A DNA stretch of 36,307 nucleotides, taken from NCBI GenBank assembly GCA_045649365.1, contig JAZRPU010000060.1, positions 1-36,307 on the forward strand. The letters are read 5' to 3'. The notes beneath the pieces were generated by a model that was given only the letters and a program-made list of their open reading frames with translations, searched no databases and was not told where the DNA came from. This stretch comes from Eubacteriales bacterium (lineage in GTDB: Bacteria > Bacillota > Clostridia > Oscillospirales > CAG-382). Numbering within the stretch: position 1 is the stretch's first letter; each line of letters opens with the position of its first letter. Shown here piece after piece: positions 1 through 9,176 of this stretch. Position numbers and translations under genes: made by a program.

Positions 1-100
1 ACAAGTTCGTTTTTAGTTATGATTTTTATAGCCACACTGAAAATCGCTAAAAATGAAAAAAATGTTAATATACACAATAAGACTGTTTACGAAAAAACTC

Positions 101-129
101 TTGACAAATTGACAAAATAGCTGTATATT
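101..129 (+). promoter_or_regulatory. Putative sigma-A promoter of the pot operon (TTGACA-17 nt-TATATT)
   Basis: TTGACA at 101-106 and TATATT at 124-129, 17-nt spacer, about 85 nt upstream of the potA ATG. Confidence 0.45.
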
Positions 130-215
130 TATATACTGTTACAGGATAATTTTACAGAGTATCTGTTTGCAAATCCTTTTAAAAAATAGTAATTACAGGT
201 AGGGATTTTTTAAAA

Positions 216-1379
216 ATGGAAAAAAATTTGAACGATGTTCCCATCGGAGGGGATACCTCCGCAAACACTATTCTGAGTCTCAGAAATATTTCAAAAACCT
301 TTGATGATGACTTGATTCTCAACGGAATTTCTCTTGATATCAAGGATAAAGAGTTTGTAACCTTGCTTGGTCCTTCAGGCTGCGGTAAAACTACAACCTT
401 AAGAATTATTGCGGGATTCGTTAATTCTGACGAGGGAGATGTTTTTTTTGAAGGAAAACGTATAAACGATATTCCACCGCACAAGCGTAACGTTAATACG
501 ATTTTCCAGAAATACGCTCTTTTCCCTCATTTAAACGTTTGGGATAACGTTGCTTTCGGAATGAGAATCCAAAAAAGACCTGAAGCTGAAATAAAAAAGA
601 CAGTAAAGGAAATGTTGGAGCTGGTAAACCTTAAAGGCTTTAACCGCCGTGACGTTAACTCTCTTTCGGGAGGTCAGCAGCAGCGTGTTGCTATAGCTCG
701 TGCATTAGCTGTAGGGCCCCGCGTTCTTCTTCTTGACGAGCCTTTGGGAGCGTTGGATCTCAAGCTTCGCAAGGATATGCAGGTTGAATTGAAAAACATT
801 CAGCAGAGAATGGGAATTACGTTTATATACGTTACTCACGATCAGGAAGAAGCTCTTTCCATGTCTGATACGGTTGTTGTAATGGACAATGGTATTATTC
901 AGCAGGTAGGAACTCCCACAGATATCTATAATGAACCTAAAAATGCTTTCGTTGCCGACTTTATAGGTGAAAGTAATATTCTTGACGGTCTTATGTTGGG
1001 AGATTTTAAAGTTCGTTTTTCGGGCAAGGAGTTTGACTGTCTTGATAAAGGCTTTGGCGCAAACATTCCTGTTGACGTTGTTGTTCGTCCTGAAGATGTA
1101 GATATCGTCAGCGTGGAAAAGGGAATGCTCGTTGGTACTGTAACTTCTGTTACGTTTAAAGGCGTGCACTATGAAATCATCGTTGATATCGGTGGCTTTA
1201 AGTGGATGATTCAAACAACGGATTTTGTGGGCGAAGGCGCAAAAATCGGATTGTATATTGAGCCTGATGCCATTCACGTTATGAATAAATCGGAATATTC
1301 CGGCAAATTTGGCGACTATAGCAGCTTCAGCGATGAGCTTGACGAGCTTTCTAACCCCAATACTGGGGAAGAGGTGTGA
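216..1379 (+). CDS. potA: Spermidine/putrescine ABC transporter ATP-binding protein
   Basis: Walker [10 protein letters not shown], signature [15 protein letters not shown], Walker [13 protein letters not shown]-terminal TOBE-like extension. First gene of an ATPase-permease-permease-binding protein operon. Confidence 0.9.
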   Translation: MEKNLNDVPIGGDTSANTILSLRNISKTFDDDLILNGISLDIKDKEFVTLLGPSGCGKTTTLRIIAGFVNSDEGDVFFEGKRINDIPPHKRNVNTIFQKYALFPHLNVWDNVAFGMRIQKRPEAEIKKTVKEMLELVNLKGFNRRDVNSLSGGQQQRVAIARALAVGPRVLLLDEPLGALDLKLRKDMQVELKNIQQRMGITFIYVTHDQEEALSMSDTVVVMDNGIIQQVGTPTDIYNEPKNAFVADFIGESNILDGLMLGDFKVRFSGKEFDCLDKGFGANIPVDVVVRPEDVDIVSVEKGMLVGTVTSVTFKGVHYEIIVDIGGFKWMIQTTDFVGEGAKIGLYIEPDAIHVMNKSEYSGKFGDYSSFSDELDELSNPNTGEEV

Positions 1380-1381
1380 AG

Positions 1382-2212
1382 ATGGAGAAAAAAAGCCTCG
1401 GACAAAAGCTTATCAATGCGCCATACATTTTATGGTCAGCACTTTTTATCGTTATTCCTCTTTTAGTTGTGGCTTGGTATTCTTTCACAGGTGAAGACGG
1501 TAGCTTTACCTTTGGAAATTTTATAGCTATATTGGATGCAAAATATCAGAAAGTTTTTGTTAATTCCTTGGCGTTTGCCTTTGTCGCAACGGTTATTTGC
1601 TTAATTTTGGCTTATCCTATTGCATATTTTATATCAAGAACGTCAGCCAAAATTCAAAGACTAATGGTAGTGTTCATAATGCTTCCCATGTGGACAAATA
1701 TTCTTATAAGAACTTATTCCTGGCTTGCATTGCTTGAAGATGCGGGAATAGTGAATACTGCCCTTTCTCATTTTGGAATAGAGCCTGTTAAGTTTATAGG
1801 CACTTCGGGAGCTGTTATTTTGGGAATGGTTTATAATTTTCTTCCCTTTATGATACTTCCTATATACTCTGTTATGTCTAAAATGGACAGACGAGTTATC
1901 GAAGCGGCTCAAGATTTGGGTTGCGACGGTTTTCAAGTTCTCACAAAAGTGATAATTCCGTTGAGCGTTCCTGGTATTGTTTCCGGAATAACAATGGTTT
2001 TCGTTCCTGCTATCAGCACTTTCTACATTTCTCAAAAGCTGGGTGGAGGTATGATTACTCTTGTCGGTGACACAATAGAACAGCAATTCAAGTATATTGA
2101 TAACGGTTATCACGTTGGTGCTGCATTTTCGCTTTTGCTTATGTTACTTATTCTTGCATGTACTGCAGTAATGAATAAGTTTACTGACGGCGAAGACGGA
2201 ATATTGATGTAA
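1382..2212 (+). CDS. potB: Spermidine/putrescine ABC transporter permease
   Basis: Multi-TM protein with an EAA-like loop (EAAQDLGCDGFQV), overlapping or adjacent to the potA stop. ATG 1382 is preferred (GAGG 7 nt upstream); GTG 1376 is an alternative start. Confidence 0.85.
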   Translation: MEKKSLGQKLINAPYILWSALFIVIPLLVVAWYSFTGEDGSFTFGNFIAILDAKYQKVFVNSLAFAFVATVICLILAYPIAYFISRTSAKIQRLMVVFIMLPMWTNILIRTYSWLALLEDAGIVNTALSHFGIEPVKFIGTSGAVILGMVYNFLPFMILPIYSVMSKMDRRVIEAAQDLGCDGFQVLTKVIIPLSVPGIVSGITMVFVPAISTFYISQKLGGGMITLVGDTIEQQFKYIDNGYHVGAAFSLLLMLLILACTAVMNKFTDGEDGILM

Positions 2213-2227
2213 GAGAGGAGAACGAAA

Positions 2228-3049
2228 ATGAAGATAGCATCTAAAATATACGTTTTTCTTATTTTTGCATTTTTATATGCGCCTCTCTTGATAATAGCGT
2301 TTTTCTCTTTTAACTCTACAGACAGTACAGCAGTTTTTGAAGGCTTTTCTCTTCATTGGTATAAAGAACTTTTTCGTGATGATGACACCCTTGCGGCTTT
2401 GAAAAACACTCTTGTACTTGCGGTGACTTCTTCTGTAATTTCTGCTGTTATTGGTACCGCGGCGGCGGTTGGAATTTCTAAAATGAAAAAAGGCTTTCTC
2501 AGAAAGTCCATAATGACTGTAACTAATATGCCTATGATGAACCCCGATATAGTAACAGGCGTTTCAATGATGCTCTTGTTCGTTTTGGTCGGAGCTTTAG
2601 TGAATAGTAAAAACGTTTTGGGATTTCCAACAATTCTTATTTCTCATATAACGTTCCAGCTTCCTTACGTCATCCTTTCCATTTTACCAAAGATAAAACA
2701 AATGGATAAGCATTTGCCTGAGGCTGCTATGGATTTGGGATGTACTCCCGTTCAATCTTTCTTCAAGGTTGAGCTTCCCGCTATTTTGCCGGGTATAATA
2801 ACGGGCTTGATGATGGCGTTTACGTTGTCTATGGACGATTTTGTTATAAGCTATTTCGTTTCGGGAACATCATATCAAACGTTGCCAATCAGAATTTTCT
2901 CCATGACGAAAAAACGTGTTAAGCCTGATATGTATGCCCTTTCAACACTTATTTTTGTTTCTGTTCTCATTCTTCTCATTCTTATAAATCTTCCATCGAA
3001 AGAAGAAAGAATGAAGAGAAAAAAGAATAAAAAATCCCGCGTGGGCTAA
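2228..3049 (+). CDS. potC: Spermidine/putrescine ABC transporter permease
   Basis: Multi-TM protein with EAA loop (EAAMDLGCTPVQ), GAGAGGAG RBS upstream, operon position. Confidence 0.85.
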   Translation: MKIASKIYVFLIFAFLYAPLLIIAFFSFNSTDSTAVFEGFSLHWYKELFRDDDTLAALKNTLVLAVTSSVISAVIGTAAAVGISKMKKGFLRKSIMTVTNMPMMNPDIVTGVSMMLLFVLVGALVNSKNVLGFPTILISHITFQLPYVILSILPKIKQMDKHLPEAAMDLGCTPVQSFFKVELPAILPGIITGLMMAFTLSMDDFVISYFVSGTSYQTLPIRIFSMTKKRVKPDMYALSTLIFVSVLILLILINLPSKEERMKRKKNKKSRVG

Positions 3050-3078
3050 ATCTAATTTTTAAAAGTGAGGATTAAAAA

Positions 3079-4305
3079 TTGAAAAAAATCGCATCTATTG
3101 TTTTGTCCGTTGTTATGCTTGCTTGCTGCTGCTTTGCGGCTTCTGCTTACGAGTTTGATAAAGGTACTGCCGAGATAGATTATTCACAATATAGCGGTAA
3201 GACCCTTACGGTTTTTAATTGGGGTGAATATCTTTCCGACGGGTCGGATGATATGATGGACGTTAATGCCGAATTTGAGAAGCTTACGGGTATTAAAGTT
3301 AATTATGTTAACTTTGAAACCAACGAGGATATGTATGCCAAAATAAAAGGCGGCGGGTCAAATTACGACGTTATAATTCCCTCTGACTACATGATTGCAA
3401 GAATGGCAAAAGAGGGTATGCTTGAAAAATTGGACTATTCAAGAATTCCTAATTATCAATACATAAGCGACGAATACAAGGGATTGTATTACGATGAAAA
3501 GAACGAATATACCGTTCCTTATTGTGTTGGTAAGGTTGGACTTATTTATAACACAAAAATGGTTGAAGGCTCCCCTGATAGCTGGAACATCCTTTGGGAT
3601 TCAAAGTATTCGGGTAAAATCCTTATGATAAACAATAGCAGAGATGCCTTTGGCGTTGCTCATTTCCTTTTGGGTAACAGCGTTAATACAGAAGATGAAA
3701 CAAAATGGAATGATGCTGCTACAAAGCTTAAGGAACAGAAACCTATACTTAAAAGCTACGTTATGGACGAAGTGTTCAATCTCATGGAAAGCGGAAGTGC
3801 TGCTATGGTTCCTTACTATGCAGGTGATTTCCTTACCATGTATTCAAATAACAGCGATTTAGCTTTTGTTTATCCTAAAGAGGGAACAAATATTTTCGTT
3901 GACTGTGCTTGCATTCCAAAAGGCGCTGAAAATAAGGAAATGGCTGAACTTTACATAAATTTCCTTGCAGACCCTGCTGTTGCTGTAGAAAATGCAATTT
4001 ACACAGGTTACGCTTCTCCTAACAAAGCAGTTCTTGAAAATGAAGAATACGTTGAGTATCTTGCAGAAATTCATCCTGATGCTCAAAAAATACTTTATGG
4101 TGACCCCGGCGTTGAGGTTGAATATTATCATGACCTTCCCGATGCAACGAAAACTCTCATGAATCAGCTTTGGGAAGACGTTAAGGTTGGTGGCTTTGAC
4201 CCCACAGTACTTATCGTGGTTTGTGTTGTTATAATAGTTGCTTTGGTAGTTTTCTTCGCTGTGAAAAGCAGTAAGCGTAAAAAAGCAATGGAAGACATGG
4301 ACTAA
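3079..4305 (+). CDS. potD: Polyamine ABC transporter substrate-binding protein with N-terminal signal peptide and an extra C-terminal TM segment
   Basis: PotD/PotF-like body (NWGEY, DVIIPSDYM motifs), TTG start after GTGAGGA. C-terminus VLIVVCVVIIVALVVFFAV followed by KSSKRKK. Confidence 0.8.
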   Translation: MKKIASIVLSVVMLACCCFAASAYEFDKGTAEIDYSQYSGKTLTVFNWGEYLSDGSDDMMDVNAEFEKLTGIKVNYVNFETNEDMYAKIKGGGSNYDVIIPSDYMIARMAKEGMLEKLDYSRIPNYQYISDEYKGLYYDEKNEYTVPYCVGKVGLIYNTKMVEGSPDSWNILWDSKYSGKILMINNSRDAFGVAHFLLGNSVNTEDETKWNDAATKLKEQKPILKSYVMDEVFNLMESGSAAMVPYYAGDFLTMYSNNSDLAFVYPKEGTNIFVDCACIPKGAENKEMAELYINFLADPAVAVENAIYTGYASPNKAVLENEEYVEYLAEIHPDAQKILYGDPGVEVEYYHDLPDATKTLMNQLWEDVKVGGFDPTVLIVVCVVIIVALVVFFAVKSSKRKKAMEDMD

Positions 4306-4322
4306 TTAATCATAAATTTTAA

Positions 4323-4351
4323 AACAGCTTATCGCTTTGCGGTAAGCTGTT
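4323..4351 (+). terminator. Hairpin after potD (AACAGCTTA/TAAGCTGTT), weak terminator candidate
   Basis: 9-bp stem directly after the potD stop; no clear T-run follows. Confidence 0.35.
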
Positions 4352-4383
4352 GGCATATTATAATATATTTATGGAGGTTTATT

Positions 4384-5211
4384 GTGAAAAGCGGAAGATT
4401 TACTAAAATATCAAAAATTTTATTGAAAGCTTTGGTTGTTGTATTCTCGTTATTGTTTTTACTCGCATCGTGTAATTCATCTGAGTCAAAAACAGAAGAT
4501 AATAGCTCGTTGATATCCTCTGACGATTTATCGCAACAAGCTTCAGATGAAGCTACTTCTCAAACATCCGAAGAGTTCACAGAGGAATCTGAAGTGTTTT
4601 TGCCACCTGATGACGGCTTTTACATTCTTTATACTGAAGATGAAGTGGATTTTTCAAAAGCACCTAAAGCGGAAATCAATAAGTATCCTTGGAACAATGA
4701 CTATTCACCTTATGCTTATGGGCAGGTTGTTTTCAAAAAAGACGATGGATTTTACGTTTATATGTATTGTAAGGAATCAAATCCTAAAACGGTGATTACT
4801 GAAAACGGGGGCAACGTTTATTTGGATAGCGCATTGGAGTTTTTCTGTGATTATAATCCCCAAAAGGTAAAGGTGAGCAAAAATTATATTAACCTTGAAA
4901 TGAACTCCGCGGGGGTTTATCTTGCTCAATATAACGGAAAGCCTATTGATAGCATGTCTGATGAAAAAATAACTGTTGAGGGGCTTCGCCGCAAGGATTA
5001 TTGGTCTGTAACTGCCCATATACCGTTGGGATTGATAAAAGACGTTTACGGTGACGTGGAAATCGGAGAGGGAAGTATTGTGGAGTGCAATTTCACAAAA
5101 TGCGGAAGCGGTACTAAAATCAAGCATTGGGGTACGTGGCAAACGTTGAGTGGTACAAGCCCCAATTTCCATCAGCCCGAGCTTTTTGCCCAAGTTCAGA
5201 TAAAAAAATAA
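4384..5211 (+). CDS. Lipoprotein with Ser/Glu-rich linker and carbohydrate-binding family 9-like (CBM9/DOMON-like) C-terminal domain
   Basis: GTG start 7 nt after GGAGG; lipobox LLASC. The C-terminal pattern ...CNFTKCG...HWGTW...PNFHQPELFAQVQI matches my recollection of CBM9-like proteins. Confidence 0.7.
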   Translation: MKSGRFTKISKILLKALVVVFSLLFLLASCNSSESKTEDNSSLISSDDLSQQASDEATSQTSEEFTEESEVFLPPDDGFYILYTEDEVDFSKAPKAEINKYPWNNDYSPYAYGQVVFKKDDGFYVYMYCKESNPKTVITENGGNVYLDSALEFFCDYNPQKVKVSKNYINLEMNSAGVYLAQYNGKPIDSMSDEKITVEGLRRKDYWSVTAHIPLGLIKDVYGDVEIGEGSIVECNFTKCGSGTKIKHWGTWQTLSGTSPNFHQPELFAQVQIKK

Positions 5212-5276
5212 TTTAAATAATAAAAAGCTTGAAAAGAGCCAATTCTAAAAGCAAAAATTGCTCAACAGCCATTGGA

Positions 5277-5306
5277 GTTTCATGTGTATCACCACAACTA
5301 ATACAC
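5277..5306. repeat. Copy A of a 30-nt hairpin motif GTTTCATGTGTATCAC-N8-ATACAC
   Basis: 16-nt exact core shared with 7919-7934 and the same 8-nt spacing to ATACAC. GTGTAT/ATACAC can pair. Confidence 0.7.
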
Positions 5307-5342
5307 TAAAATAAGAAAGCTGTATTTGAAACAGAAGAAAAT

Positions 5343-5483
5343 AAAGGAAGAAGTATTGCTGAATGCAATTTTACAAAATGTGGAAACGGTATTGAAATTA
5401 AGTGTCAGAGAATGTGGCAAGCATTAGGTGAAATCAGCTTCAATTTCCATCAATATCAGTTTTTTTCAAGCTTTAAAAAATAA
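5343..5483 (+). pseudogene. 5'-truncated fragment of a paralog of the CBM9-like lipoprotein gene
   Basis: Translates to KGRSIAECNFTKCGNGIEIKCQRMWQALGEISFNFHQYQFFSSFKK*. This aligns with the last ~46 aa of 4384..5211 (EGSIVECNFTKCGSGTKIKHWGTWQTLSGTSPNFHQPELFAQVQIKK*). The frame opens after TAA 5307-5309 and I saw no in-frame ATG, GTG or TTG upstream of the homologous part. Confidence 0.75.
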
Positions 5484-5493
5484 TTAAAAAAAC

Positions 5494-5543
5494 AAATTGG
5501 ATTTTTCAATTTTGCTTTTTGGCAGAAAAGAAAAATCCAATTT
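5494..5543 (-). terminator. Long hairpin, probably a bidirectional terminator, downstream of the anti-sigma gene
   Basis: 14-bp perfect stem AAATTGGATTTTTC/GAAAAATCCAATTT with A/T runs on both sides. Confidence 0.55.
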
Positions 5544-5607
5544 TTGTTTTGATGTGTTGTTATGGTAGAGCTAAAAACGAAAATGAATCAAGAAAGATTG
5601 TTTTGAA

Positions 5608-6969
5608 TCAGCGCACTTCCACATTGAATGAATTGTTTCGGTGGTTTTCCTTTTGGCTTTCAAAATATTGTTCGCATCCCTTAATTTCAATTGCGGGAAC
5701 ATAAGTTTTTGCATAGGTGCCTATCTTGTCGGCGGATTTTCCTATATATTTATAGAATGCATAAAAGGGAACACATATTTTTGAATCATATTCTTGCACA
5801 TACTCAATATCAACGTAATTATAATTGGTGAAATCTACTTGGGGTTGCATTTCCATACACAAACTACATGAGTGTCCGCAAAAAACGTATCCTTTATTCA
5901 AAAGCTCTTCTGCTTCTTTAACGGATATGGTTTTCGATTTTCCGTATACGCTATAGTATTCGTTCCAGCTTTCTTTCGTTTTATATAATGAAACGTTTGA
6001 TAAAAATGCTTCATCCTTTGACCCGTCCCAATGGCAAAACGTTCCGCTTCCCCAGTCTGTATAAAAGGTTAATAGAATATATTCAGATGTCATGGGATGG
6101 TTTTTAAAGTCGATGGGAAAAATAGTTTCTTCGGGAGAATACAGATAAATTTCTATAGTTTTTAATTGATTTGATGAATATATTCGATTAATCTTGACGT
6201 CTGAATATTCTTTTCCGAAAGTGTTGCATACGTAATTGATTGTATTTTTTAATTTATTTATTATCTGACTATCTGTATCGGAATTTGAAATTGAAATCAT
6301 GTTTCCTTTTAGCTTCAGCCTTCTGGAGTCAAGGTCAAAATAATTAAAGTACAAGAGATTTTCTTCTTCGGTGAATCGTATTGTCCTTCTTCCGTCTTCT
6401 ATTTCAGCGGAATATATAATGGTGGAGTCCCAATTTTGCTGCTCCCTAATGATGTATTCTTTCGTGTCGAAATTGAAAAAGCTTGTTGCTTTGTCTGAAT
6501 ATTCTGATATAAAGTCCTTTAACTGTTTTTTTGATGATGAAGAATCATTGGGAGAAAATATAGGCAAATATTCAGCATTTGTTATGGGGGAGAGATTCAA
6601 ATATTCGGGAGATGATACAAAAGTTTTAGTATATTGATTTGTACCATTCGAGTCTTTTATTTCGGGAAAAAGTTCTCCCACTTCAAAAGCATCTAAAACA
6701 ATTTCGTCAACGCGGGAATCGATAACAGGATTCCAAGCTTCACCATTTGGAATATATGGTTTAATATACGGATTATCTTCGGGCGTTGAATTTATCCACG
6801 GAATCAAAGCAAAGCAAACCGCACCTGCTATTAACAAAAAACAAGCGGCTATTGCTGTGAATCTTATCCACGTCTTGCTGTGAATTGTTCTATCCTTTTG
6901 GTTTATATATTCTTCTACAATTTGGGAATCTATATAGTTCATTCCCTCGTTCCATTCACTTTTTTTCAC
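5608..6969 (-). CDS. Putative membrane-anchored anti-sigma factor with a large uncharacterised extracytoplasmic domain
   Basis: GTG start overlaps the sigma gene stop (GTGA). It has a short cytoplasmic N-terminus (…IDSQIVEEYI…), one TM helix (WIRFTAIAACFLLIAGAVCFALIPWI) and ~390 aa outside. The role is inferred from position only. Confidence 0.6.
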   Translation of the reverse strand: MKKSEWNEGMNYIDSQIVEEYINQKDRTIHSKTWIRFTAIAACFLLIAGAVCFALIPWINSTPEDNPYIKPYIPNGEAWNPVIDSRVDEIVLDAFEVGELFPEIKDSNGTNQYTKTFVSSPEYLNLSPITNAEYLPIFSPNDSSSSKKQLKDFISEYSDKATSFFNFDTKEYIIREQQNWDSTIIYSAEIEDGRRTIRFTEEENLLYFNYFDLDSRRLKLKGNMISISNSDTDSQIINKLKNTINYVCNTFGKEYSDVKINRIYSSNQLKTIEIYLYSPEETIFPIDFKNHPMTSEYILLTFYTDWGSGTFCHWDGSKDEAFLSNVSLYKTKESWNEYYSVYGKSKTISVKEAEELLNKGYVFCGHSCSLCMEMQPQVDFTNYNYVDIEYVQEYDSKICVPFYAFYKYIGKSADKIGTYAKTYVPAIEIKGCEQYFESQKENHRNNSFNVEVR

Positions 6970-7562
6970 AAAGAATATCCCTCGCTTTCAAGTGCTTTTC
7001 TTAATAACGTTTTTATTGTGGCAAGCTCTTTATTTACCGTTGACTGACTAACCTTTAAATTATTTGCTATGGTGGAAACAGAATCGGCAACATAATATCG
7101 GCTCATGAATATAAACCGTCTGCGCTTGTTGAGAGAACGAATAAAAATGCTGATAATCTCTCCGAGATGCTTGGCATCAAATTCAGAGGATATGTCATTA
7201 TCGCTTGAAATAAAATCTTCTAGCTCGCTTAATGCTATTGTCATTTCAGAGGGGATTACCTTTTGACGTGTGTTTTGTTGATAACGTTTTATGGCTGTCC
7301 TTCTGGCAATTGCGGTTAAAAATGCCTTTAAAACATTGGGCTTATGAGGCGGAATTGCATTCCACGCCCCTAAATATGTGTCGTTCACACATTCCTCGCA
7401 ATCAAGCTTGTCGTGCAATACGTTGTATGCGATTGTGTGTAAATACTTTTTGTATTTAAAATCAGTTTCTTCAATTGCTCTTTCATCCCGCGTCCAATAG
7501 AGATTAATAATATCCTTGTCTTCCATTGGCACTTTTTCCGCATCTTTGGCTTTTTTCTCCAT
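6966..7562 (-). CDS. ECF-type sigma-70 family RNA polymerase sigma factor
   Basis: Region 2-like DTYLGAWNAIP and region 4 HTH (STIANNLKVSQSTVNKELATIKTLLRKAL). The start is placed at the ATG 7 nt after AAAGGTGG; the ORF is open up to 7604. Confidence 0.8.
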   Translation of the reverse strand: MEKKAKDAEKVPMEDKDIINLYWTRDERAIEETDFKYKKYLHTIAYNVLHDKLDCEECVNDTYLGAWNAIPPHKPNVLKAFLTAIARRTAIKRYQQNTRQKVIPSEMTIALSELEDFISSDNDISSEFDAKHLGEIISIFIRSLNKRRRFIFMSRYYVADSVSTIANNLKVSQSTVNKELATIKTLLRKALESEGYSL

Positions 7563-7918
7563 AATCATTCCACCTTTTTGCAAATTTGTGTAAATGGCTC
7601 TCATAAATAACAGTCCGTAAAAAAGATCAAATGTGTAAAGATTTTTGCATTTTTATTATATCACATTTTTTTAAAAAAGAAAATCTTTATAGTTCGGAAA
7701 GATAAATTTATATCTGCAAAACAAAATTATGCTTTTATAGTCTATAAGATTTTTAAAAAGTTTGTTGTATATAGATTAAAGCGGTTGGTAAAAAATATTG
7801 CTATTGATTTTTTTGAAAACAATTTTGTGAGTTTCATTACAAGGGGAAAACAATCGTCGGGAAAAATCCAATGGTTAAAAAATCAGAAATCGCTGATTGG
7901 GTTTTAAACGTTGCCTGT

Positions 7919-7948
7919 GTTTCATGTGTATCACTTATCATGATACAC
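7919..7948. repeat. Copy B of the hairpin motif GTTTCATGTGTATCAC-N8-ATACAC
   Basis: Same 16-nt core and spacing as 5277-5306; here the stem extends to GTGTATCA/TGATACAC. Confidence 0.7.
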
Positions 7949-8011
7949 AAATATTAAATTGATTAAAATTATAACGAAAGAAAAACATATCATAAGTCCC
8001 AATCAATAAAA

Positions 8012-8035
8012 AAGCAAGGCGCTTCAGCCTTGCTT
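8012..8035 (-). terminator. Rho-independent terminator of the XRE-family gene
   Basis: AAGCAAGGC/GCCTTGCTT stem; T-run on the minus strand (A-run at 8006-8011 on +). Confidence 0.65.
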
Positions 8036-8131
8036 GAGTTTGTTTTTAATTGTATTTTAAAGTAATTTTGTAATTTTATACTATGCAAACGTATGATTCT
8101 TTTTAAATGTAAATTCAGAAACTTTTATAGC

Positions 8132-8668
8132 TTATCTTCGTTTGGTTTTGCAGATACCAACAATTGCAACAATAGATAATGCCACCGTTGTAAAGACGGA
8201 ACTGTATCTCATTGGAACGTATGAAACAAGAACGCTCGTAGGCCCATCTGCACCACCAATAATTGATGCGCTCCCGTTGGCTTCGTTAGTTATATTCACA
8301 AGGCTAATGAATCCAATTATAGTTTGAAAAAGGGAGATTATAGCAAGACACCCTATAACGATAAATATTATCCGCCACTTTTTTTGACGTTTTTCGTTTT
8401 GCTTTACAAATTGATCGTTCAACACCTCAAGCTTGGCGGCTATTGTCTTTAATTCCGAGTCTTCTGACGAATCAAGCGTTTCTCCTAAAAGAGCACAGAC
8501 TGACGTATCAAGCTCCTCTGCAATTTTAATGAGCATTTCAGAATCGGGTACAGACAATCCTTGCTCCCATTTCGATACTGTCTGTCTGACAACGTTTAAT
8601 TTTATTGCTAATTCATTTTGGGATAAACCCTTGGATTTTCTTAAATTCTTCAAATTATCGCTCAACAT
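8132..8668 (-). CDS. XRE-family HTH transcriptional regulator with C-terminal membrane anchor (two TM segments)
   Basis: N-terminus LRKSKGLSQNELAIKLNVVRQTVSKWEQG is a classic Cro/C1 HTH. AAGGAGG lies 8 nt upstream. Hydrophobic segments at ~98-122 and ~155-172. Confidence 0.85.
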   Translation of the reverse strand: MLSDNLKNLRKSKGLSQNELAIKLNVVRQTVSKWEQGLSVPDSEMLIKIAEELDTSVCALLGETLDSSEDSELKTIAAKLEVLNDQFVKQNEKRQKKWRIIFIVIGCLAIISLFQTIIGFISLVNITNEANGSASIIGGADGPTSVLVSYVPMRYSSVFTTVALSIVAIVGICKTKRR

Positions 8669-8942
8669 AATGAAAACCTCCTTAGCTTAATACAATTATA
8701 CTGAATTAACACTTTATATTCAAGCAACCAAAGTTAACATTTGCGCAACGGGTTGATTATTTTTGTTTTTTCAACACAATTTGATACAACATTTGCAATG
8801 ATATCAACAATTAAAGGCATAAACACTCCTTTTGTAATTGATGAAATGATTATGGCAATATACGTAGGTGCGAAGGATTCTTAAAAAAACAAATTCGATA
8901 AATAATTCGTGAATAAAAACGAATAAATTCTTGATAAACGTG

Positions 8943-8980
8943 TTGATTTTTTTTGGGATATTATAGTATAATATCCCAAA
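8943..8980 (+). promoter_or_regulatory. Promoter (TTGATT-18-TATAAT) overlapped by a perfect 12-bp-arm palindrome TTTGGGATATTA-tagta-TAATATCCCAAA
   Basis: -35 at 8943-8948 and -10 at 8967-8972. The inverted repeat 8952-8980 covers the -10 element. It lies in the divergent intergenic region next to the XRE gene. Confidence 0.55.
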
Positions 8981-9017
8981 GGGATCGTTTAAACGTACCA
9001 TAAGGAGAATTTCTAAT

Positions 9018-9176
9018 GTGAAAAAAGTTGAATTGGTAGCTATTATCGGTTTTATAGCCTGTTTGGCTTCGTTTATTATTGCTTTGATTAATTCGAAGTA
9101 TGTTATTTCTATTATTTTTCTGTTTGCAGCTATATACTGTATAAATCATTTTTTGAGTTTAAAAAATAATAAATGA
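9018..9176 (+). CDS. Small hydrophobic protein (52 aa, two predicted TM segments)
   Basis: GTG start 10 nt after AAGGAG. VKKVELVAIIGFIACLASFIIALINSKYVISIIFLFAAIYCINHFLSLKNNK. Below the ORF-track size cutoff. Confidence 0.45.
   Translation: MKKVELVAIIGFIACLASFIIALINSKYVISIIFLFAAIYCINHFLSLKNNK

Noticed and set aside
705-1277. Long antisense ORFs inside housekeeping genes (also 179..484, 12068..12463, 16375..16734, 17365..17775, 18103..18510, 19373..19939, 24338..24766, 28309..28818, 30168..30677, 31859..32365, 35115..35612)
   Set aside because: Each is fully embedded opposite a gene with clear family motifs. Their products are compositionally odd and they lack RBSs.
7563-7604. Upstream extension of the sigma factor ORF; similar extensions at 19253-19276 and 23047-23070
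   Set aside because: Internal starts have properly spaced Shine-Dalgarno sequences and match the expected N-termini of the families. The extensions lack RBSs.
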